Assembly: GCA_963740315.1 (NCBI GenBank) | Contig: CAVUDP010000002.1 | Coordinates: 2,784,001 to 2,848,000 of the forward strand | Source: an uncultured cyanobacterium | Lineage (GTDB): Bacteria; Cyanobacteriota; Cyanobacteriia; Cyanobacteriales; Nostocaceae | Reading direction: 5' to 3' | DNA: 64,000 nt | Shown: piece by piece, positions 57,853 through 64,000 of the stretch | Position numbering within the stretch: the stretch's first letter is position 1 | How the letters are laid out: every line of letters starts with the position of its first letter | Program-made: the position numbers and the translations under genes | The notes under the pieces: generated by a model | The model's input: only the letters and a program-made list of their open reading frames with translations | Told to the model about the DNA's origin: nothing | The model's database searches: none

Positions 57853-59487
57853 TTAAATCCAGTTCACTTCTTTAAGGATTTCTCCTGAATACTTTGCAAA
57901 TCTTTCCCCCATGATTTCAGGTAATTCAGGAACCTCATTTAATTTCTTCATCAGTACAAATTGCAAATCAGTAAACCTTTCACGAATAGCTTGGAAATCT
58001 GGATCTCTACTAGCCCATTCCCAAAGATTGCGATCGCGATCTCGGAGTAAAGCGTAAACTAAGTAGCGGCGAGCTTTTTGCTTTGTTTGTTCGTCGTAAT
58101 TATTTTGTGCGGTAAAGATTGCATACCAGGAAGCCAAGTTATATAAAAATCGAGAACTTATATCGGATTCTGCATTCCATTGTTTCTCTAATAGCTGTAT
58201 TTCTGTTTGCGCTTCTTTGACTTTAGTTTCATCTTTTGTTAGTAATTGCGCCATTGCTTTACCAACTTTAATTCTTCGTCTCACACTCTCATCTTCACAT
58301 CTGGCGAGTGCTTTTTCGTATTGCAAAATCGCTTGTCGCTGAAGATTAACTCTTCTATTTTCCTGAAATTCTCTTCCTTGAGTGCTGTAAGTATCGCCTA
58401 AGTTTTCATAAGGTTGATACCAGTTAGGATCGAATTCTATCGCTGCTTGCAAATCTTCAATTGCTAATTGGTAAAAAAAGCTGCCATGAGTTGGAGCGCT
58501 GGCATAATTAATTACACCGAAAAAATTATGTATTTGTGATTGATAGCGTTTACACCAATTACCTAAATAATACCAAGGTACGTGAGCTAACATTTCCTTT
58601 CTCGAAAGTTCCAGCGCTAACCATCGAGTCGCAGGTTTTAATAACAACCGAAAACGATCTTTTAGTTCCGGATATGTTTCAACCATCGGTAACTCAAATT
58701 CTTCATCAGTTGTTGTTTGAGCCGTTTTAGCTACTGTTTTAATCACCGTATCAGTTACTGTTTCCGTAGCTGTTTCTTCCCAAATAGTATAAAGCTTAGA
58801 AGCAACACGACCTTCAATATCGGTAATTTCAAAGGTTATTCCCAACTTACGAAATTCACCTTGGCTTTGTAAAATGCTAGTAACTTTCGTACCATAAGGC
58901 GGAAATACAATTTTGAGCAGACTTACGAAAGGGTCGATTTGATCCGGGGTAAATTCATTTAACGAAGCTACCAAGTTAGAAAGTCTTTCATCCGGAGTTG
59001 CTTGCGGTAGCGGTAACTTATCAGGAAGACGATAATTTCGCAGCCCACTACTATTAATATGTTGTTTGAGACGCTGGTGAACCCCCTTCATATCGCGCAC
59101 CAGTCTTTCACGTCCTAACTGACTCAAACCTGGTAAAACAAAATCCATTCCTTCCGCACCAGAAGCATTAGTAAAATTATCGATAAGTAGCTGAGATGTG
59201 CGAAGAGTAATCAGTAAGATAATTCTGTGGATAACAATAAGACTAAGTAAAATTATCAGCACTTTTGCCAGAAAGAAAACTATCCTGTTAAAGCTTTTAT
59301 CAACCATATCCAGGTTGTCCAACACCTCCTCAACGGGAGTGCCTGGGTTTTCTTTTTCTGATTCCAATGGTGCAGCAAGAATTATTGGTGTCTCAGTTCG
59401 CGTTGAATCAGATGTTGGTAATTGAGAACATCCCGAACCTAAGTTAATCGCTACAAAGGTGAATACTAATACAAGCCTTTTTTTCAC
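57853..59487 (-). CDS. Hypothetical membrane protein with TPR-like C-terminal region
   Basis: Lipoprotein-like signal (GSGC), one TM, AIEFDPNWYQPYENLGDTY, LYNLASWYA. Confidence 0.75.
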   Translation of the reverse strand: MKKRLVLVFTFVAINLGSGCSQLPTSDSTRTETPIILAAPLESEKENPGTPVEEVLDNLDMVDKSFNRIVFFLAKVLIILLSLIVIHRIILLITLRTSQLLIDNFTNASGAEGMDFVLPGLSQLGRERLVRDMKGVHQRLKQHINSSGLRNYRLPDKLPLPQATPDERLSNLVASLNEFTPDQIDPFVSLLKIVFPPYGTKVTSILQSQGEFRKLGITFEITDIEGRVASKLYTIWEETATETVTDTVIKTVAKTAQTTTDEEFELPMVETYPELKDRFRLLLKPATRWLALELSRKEMLAHVPWYYLGNWCKRYQSQIHNFFGVINYASAPTHGSFFYQLAIEDLQAAIEFDPNWYQPYENLGDTYSTQGREFQENRRVNLQRQAILQYEKALARCEDESVRRRIKVGKAMAQLLTKDETKVKEAQTEIQLLEKQWNAESDISSRFLYNLASWYAIFTAQNNYDEQTKQKARRYLVYALLRDRDRNLWEWASRDPDFQAIRERFTDLQFVLMKKLNEVPELPEIMGERFAKYSGEILKEVNWI

Positions 59488-59614
59488 AGCCGCTCATTCT
59501 AATGGTTTTGATAGCAGATACTACCCGCGTATCATAAATTACGTATTATTAACACTTATTTTTATAATTGGCAACAATTTTCAGTCAGTAGGTATCAGTA
59601 ATTAGTAGTCAAGC

Positions 59615-59695
59615 AAAGGTTCGTAGTAAGCGCTTCAGCGCCTCCGGATTTGGGGCTGAAGCCCTTACTACAAACCTATCAAAATTAATGAAAAG
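59615..59695. repeat. Solo reverse-orientation copy of unit B of the 7.6-8.1 kb array
   Basis: GGTTCGTAGTAAGCGCTTCAGCGCCTCCGGATTTGGGG...CCCTTACTACAAACCTATCAAAATTAATGAAAAG. Confidence 0.9.
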
Positions 59696-59704
59696 GAAAA
59701 CTGT

Positions 59705-60583
59705 TTACTGATTGCTGGTAACTGGAAACTGAATTCTAGGATCTGGCATAAAGCTGTATCTTAGGTAAATTCCGAGTAAAGTAAACAGCACAATTAGTAA
59801 AGTACCAATACCAACTGGACTGGGAAGCCAGAAAACAGCTTCAATATGATTTAGCTGTCCGGGTTTGATTTTCCATGAAAGTTGCTTATTGTTATCAAGC
59901 GGTTCGATCGCATCTTCGGTTTCTTGAATGCTGGATGCACCCCACGGAGTTTTCAAACTGAATTCTAAATCGATAATTGAATCAGCGTTAGTTAAAACGT
60001 TACCTTTACTGGAAATTAAAGCTAAAGAACGTAAGTCTAAATCATAAATTAACCGATTACGTACTAACAGTAAAAAATTGTTCTGTTTTAAACGCAAGTT
60101 CGATTCTATTTTTGGAAGTTCTGTTTCTGATTTTGCTTTTGCAGAGCCGGATTTTGGCTGATTTTTGGAATTAAAAAATTTGTTGTATTTTCTTTGTAAT
60201 TCCCGACCATTACTGAAGGGAATTGTCACAATTACTTCTTCTGAAGAAATTCGTTTTGCTTTTCCTTCTAATTCTTTAGCCCGTCTTTCGATGCTGTCTA
60301 ACCATTCGTAAACGGAATCGCCGCTAAAACTTGTAAGTTTTTCTCCTAATTTAATATGCTGTACGAAGTTTCCGTTATTGGCACTGTTTAAATTTACTCC
60401 TAAGTCATAGTCTACGCAACCAGAAAGCAACAACGATGCTAGTAACAAAAGGCATACAAGCCGTATTCTTTTAAAAAAGCTTTTGGCTAATCGCGTTGTT
60501 ATCGGTTTCGTATAATGATGGCTAAATCGTGACATAATTGCAAAATTAGATATACTTTCAGATTTTGTAATTGTTAGTGGCAC
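59705..60583 (-). CDS. DUF3153 family lipoprotein
   Basis: LLLSGCVDYD, IPFSNG, WKIKPGQLNHIEAVFWLPSPVGIG. Confidence 0.82.
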   Translation of the reverse strand: MPLTITKSESISNFAIMSRFSHHYTKPITTRLAKSFFKRIRLVCLLLLASLLLSGCVDYDLGVNLNSANNGNFVQHIKLGEKLTSFSGDSVYEWLDSIERRAKELEGKAKRISSEEVIVTIPFSNGRELQRKYNKFFNSKNQPKSGSAKAKSETELPKIESNLRLKQNNFLLLVRNRLIYDLDLRSLALISSKGNVLTNADSIIDLEFSLKTPWGASSIQETEDAIEPLDNNKQLSWKIKPGQLNHIEAVFWLPSPVGIGTLLIVLFTLLGIYLRYSFMPDPRIQFPVTSNQ

Positions 60584-60599
60584 TATGGTGACTATTTGT

Positions 60600-61118
60600 T
60601 TAAAAACTTAACCAAATTAAGCTAGCCAAAGTCATAGCAATTATTATTAACGCCAGCCAGATAAAGCGATTATCTTGAGTATTTACCTGACTTAGGTCAA
60701 TAATTTCCATTTCTTCTGTTTCTAATGGCGCTAGAGATTTTTTAGGAGTCGCAGCCAAACGAATTTTACTTTCATTATCAGATAAAGTTCCTAAATCTGG
60801 TATTTCAGTCATCCATTCTTTGGGACGTTCCAATTTAGGTGCTTTGAGAATATATTGCAATCGCTTGGCTTCTTTGCTGGTATCGGGATAAGGATGGTTT
60901 TTGAGTTGTTCGCAAACAGCGATCGCTTCAGTATTGCGCCCAGCGGCTTCGTAAGCTGTTGCTAACCAAATTTGCACCTCACCCCCAAGGCTCGTATTAC
61001 GCGCCAACAAAGCACAAGCTTTTTCCAATTCCTCAACTGCTTGGCTGTATTTCCCATTTTCAAAAGCAGCTTTTCCATTACGGTAACGCTGCGCGGCTGT
61101 TTCTATTTCTGAACTCAC
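60600..61118 (-). CDS. TPR-containing protein with C-terminal membrane anchor
   Basis: GKAAFENGKYSQAV, GGEVQIWLATAYEA, ILKAPKLERP. Confidence 0.82.
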   Translation of the reverse strand: MSSEIETAAQRYRNGKAAFENGKYSQAVEELEKACALLARNTSLGGEVQIWLATAYEAAGRNTEAIAVCEQLKNHPYPDTSKEAKRLQYILKAPKLERPKEWMTEIPDLGTLSDNESKIRLAATPKKSLAPLETEEMEIIDLSQVNTQDNRFIWLALIIIAMTLASLIWLSF

Positions 61119-61272
61119 TTTTCAAATATAAATAACCACTAATTTTTATTTTGCCGTTTAAAGCCACATTTTGAGAATATTTTGTGAAGGTAGGTATTTT
61201 CTTGGAGAAAAACTATAAAATTTAAATTAGTTAGATTTACCTAACCCTCAATGGCTAGTTAGGACAAGTATT

Positions 61273-61674
61273 ATGTTTAAGCACGCTTTAGCGCAACCGT
61301 ATTTTTTGAGTTTGGGAATTGCTGCTGTTTTAGTAGGTGCTGTTACCGCGCCAGCCTCTGCTCAATCGGTAATAATTATCAATGGCAATACTCCTTATTA
61401 CGGAGGAAATCAAAATCCAACTGTAGGAAACTTTATATATGGTAGTCCCATTCCTACACCAGTACCCGTAAATCCCGCAACGGGACATACACCTACACCT
61501 CGTTATTTTTCCCAGCCTTATCCAAGCAGAAAATATAACTCTATTTTAGTAAATCCGGTTTTAGTTAATCCCAGAATTTACAAAGATTCCCGAAACCGGA
61601 GATATTATCGGAATTCCCGACAACGATATTATCGTCAACCAGCTTCGCGGATTATAATTAATTCTCCTTGGTAA
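61273..61674 (+). CDS. Secreted hypothetical protein
   Basis: Signal peptide ending PASA; P/Y/R-rich body. Confidence 0.7.
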   Translation: MFKHALAQPYFLSLGIAAVLVGAVTAPASAQSVIIINGNTPYYGGNQNPTVGNFIYGSPIPTPVPVNPATGHTPTPRYFSQPYPSRKYNSILVNPVLVNPRIYKDSRNRRYYRNSRQRYYRQPASRIIINSPW

Positions 61675-61695
61675 AGTTGGAAGAGTTAGTAGTTA

Positions 61696-61911
61696 GTAGG
61701 TTGGGTTAGGCAGACAATCAATATCGCGTATAAATGCAAAGGATTAAATTCTGCCGTAACCCAACATAATATTTACCAACAGGACTTCACATATTTAGAT
61801 AGCAACAAAAAATATTATTATCTCCCTAAAATACTGATGTTGGGTTACGACACGATTAATATAAATTTTCCTTGAAAGTTGAAATTCCTAAACCTGTCTA
61901 ACCCAACCTAC
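61696..61911. repeat. Compound GTAG-type REP cluster (GTAGGTTGGGTTA...TAACCCAACCTAC)
   Basis: Four arms forming two doublets; degenerate relative at about 63005-63133. Confidence 0.75.
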
Positions 61912-61924
61912 AACTAGCAACACT

Positions 61925-62824
61925 TCAGGCAAATTGAGAACCAAGAATCATTGTGCCGATACCACCATCGGTAAATATTTCTAGTAAAAGAGCGTGGGGA
62001 ATGCGACCATCAATAATATGTGCGGCTCGTACTCCCTGAGCAAGGGAACGCACGCAACAGGTGACTTTGGGTATCATACCTCCGGCAACTATACCCTTTG
62101 AAATCAATTCGCGAGCTTCTTTAATGTCTACTTTTGCAATTAAGGTAGAAGGATCTTGATAATTTTCTAAGATACCTCGCGTATCGGTAAGCAAAATCAA
62201 CTTTTCTGCACCTAATGCAGCAGCTAGTTCACCAGCTACGGTATCGGCATTAATATTATAAGCTTGTCCCGTATCGTCGGCAGCGACGCTAGATACTACA
62301 GGAATATAGCCATTTTCTACCAAAGTTCCTAAAATTTCGGTATTTACAGAGCTAACTTCTCCCACAAAGCCCATATCATTTTGACCTTGCTGACGAGCTT
62401 TAATTAAGTTACCATCCTTACCGCATAAACCCACCGCTTTTCCACCAGCTTGATTTATTTTGGCAACTATTTCTTTATTAACTCTACCAACCAACACCAT
62501 TTCTACCACATCCATCGTCGGAGCATCGGTAACTCGCAAACCATCTTTAAACTGCGGTTCAATCCCGATTTTACCAAGCCAAGTATTGATTTCCGGTCCG
62601 CCGCCATGTACTAAAATTGGTCGCAAGCCTACACAGGATAAAAAAACAACATCGCGGATAACTTTATCTTTAAGATTGCTATCCTTCATTGCTGCACCAC
62701 CGTATTTTACTACCACGGTTCTACCTGCAAATTGTTGTATGTAAGGTAGCGCTTCACTTAAAACTTTTACCCTACTAGCTGCATCCTGGTGAATATATTC
62801 AGTATCGTTAACCATCATAAGCAA
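61925..62824 (-). CDS. argB: Acetylglutamate kinase
   Basis: [34 protein letters not shown]. Confidence 0.97.
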   Translation of the reverse strand: MLMMVNDTEYIHQDAASRVKVLSEALPYIQQFAGRTVVVKYGGAAMKDSNLKDKVIRDVVFLSCVGLRPILVHGGGPEINTWLGKIGIEPQFKDGLRVTDAPTMDVVEMVLVGRVNKEIVAKINQAGGKAVGLCGKDGNLIKARQQGQNDMGFVGEVSSVNTEILGTLVENGYIPVVSSVAADDTGQAYNINADTVAGELAAALGAEKLILLTDTRGILENYQDPSTLIAKVDIKEARELISKGIVAGGMIPKVTCCVRSLAQGVRAAHIIDGRIPHALLLEIFTDGGIGTMILGSQFA

Positions 62825-63154
62825 CGTTTCATTGTTAAATCCGAATCATGATAGTTTAGAAGAGTTTGGTGTTGCGATACAATAGCTGCTGATATTTTCA
62901 GTAAAGATTTGTAGGTTGGATTTTGATCTGGTTCCCAGGTTCAACCTGGGAACTAAGTTTTGGAGGCTCTGCCTCCAGCTATTTATAAAGGTGCAAGGTA
63001 TTAGAACCCAACATCACTATTATTTTTGCCTTTCTCTTAAATATAAAAAAAATACAGACGATACAATGTTGAGTTACGGCGATCGCGATTGATTATTTGT
63101 CAAAAAAATTGATGCACCCTAAAGCCAACCTATATTTTCCCTACTCCCTACTCC

Positions 63155-63709
63155 CTACTCCCTACTCCCTATTCCCGGATTTTTTAAAACGCTGGGAATC
63201 TGTGCAATTACTCGATTAGCAAGTTCTTCGGGGGTTTCTCCTTCTTGAAGAGTTATTCTTAAATCGGCTAAAGCATAAAGTGATTCTCTTTCTTGCAAAA
63301 TATTACGTATTTTTAATAACGGATCGCTATCTTGTAATAATGGTCTTGTAGTATCTTCTTTTAAACGGTTATATAACAACTCCGGCGTTGCATCCAACCA
63401 GACAATCAACCCGTGATGCAGGTAACTCCAGTTCTCACGCTTTAAAATAATACCTCCCCCAGTTGCGACAGTTAACTTTGTATAAGCGCTAACTTGGGAG
63501 AGAACTTGACTTTCTAATCGGCGAAATTCAGTTTCTCCTTCAGTAGCAAATATTTGATTGATACTTCGCTTGGCAGATGCAACAATAACTTCATCGGTAT
63601 CTACAAACCCATATCCAAGTTCGCTGGCTAGCAAGCGCCCTACCGTAGTTTTACCAGCGCCCATCATGCCAATTAAATAGAGATTAATTCCTTGTAATAA
63701 GTTGTTCAC
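63155..63709 (-). CDS. aroK: Shikimate kinase
   Basis: LIGMMGAGKTTVG, GETEFRRLE, ATGGG, TRPLL. Confidence 0.96.
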   Translation of the reverse strand: MNNLLQGINLYLIGMMGAGKTTVGRLLASELGYGFVDTDEVIVASAKRSINQIFATEGETEFRRLESQVLSQVSAYTKLTVATGGGIILKRENWSYLHHGLIVWLDATPELLYNRLKEDTTRPLLQDSDPLLKIRNILQERESLYALADLRITLQEGETPEELANRVIAQIPSVLKNPGIGSRE

Positions 63710-63745
63710 GACAAAGAAAGATGATTTTTCCTAATTCACTCTACT

Positions 63746-64000
63746 TTAAATTTCGGCATTTAAGCGACTTACTTTCAGATGGTTTTTCAGTTGCTTCTCA
63801 AAAATTGTATGGGCAAATAACAACGAACTTGCTTCATCTTGACTGAATTTTAAATTTTCTTCAATCAGCTTTTCAATCAAATACTCCCTTAACACCGGGG
63901 TTTGGGAAAAACTAGATGCTTGTCTTTCAATCAAACAGCGCCTTTGTAATAACTCTACGGCTTCAAGTATTAATCGCTGCGATACCCTTAACATCAATTT
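63746..64000 (-). CDS. C-terminal part of an NB-ARC/NACHT-type protein (starts beyond the window)
   Basis: LEAVELLQRRCLIE...FSQTPVLREY resembles the winged-helix end of cyanobacterial NB-ARC proteins. Confidence 0.55.
   Translation of the reverse strand, partial: KLMLRVSQRLILEAVELLQRRCLIERQASSFSQTPVLREYLIEKLIEENLKFSQDEASSLLFAHTIFEKQLKNHLKVSRLNAEI

Overview
AT-rich DNA from a filamentous heterocyst-forming cyanobacterium (Nostocales, Rivularia/Calothrix-like by inference). It has frequent HIP1 octamers (GCGATCGC), heptamer STRR tracts and many small palindromic repeats. Left to right: a type I secretion set (HlyB-like ABC transporter, PpiC foldase, HlyD) interrupted by three signal-peptide-less proteases (S8, calpain-like C2, S8); xth; a decayed Phd/RelE toxin-antitoxin pair and PEP-CTERM genes; a fused methyltransferase-BsuBI/PstI endonuclease gene; acidic secreted proteins; a LysM-lysozyme; arsM-arsS; a two-component pair; queD plus a GIY-YIG nuclease; then mostly housekeeping genes (ndk, speA, cugP, scpA, pdxH, argB, aroK). 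The strongest unexplained signals are three. (1) A tandem pair of paralogous, Yfr1-like candidate small RNA genes with matching promoter boxes at 33.67-34.01 kb. (2) The restriction-modification gene enclosed by a duplicated 3' end of its neighbouring gene plus a duplicated REP doublet. (3) A BIME-like mosaic repeat array at 7.56-8.14 kb. Three genes are frameshifted and could be sequencing indels. No rRNA, tRNA or true CRISPR array was recognised. All calls were made by eye from motifs; no searches were run.
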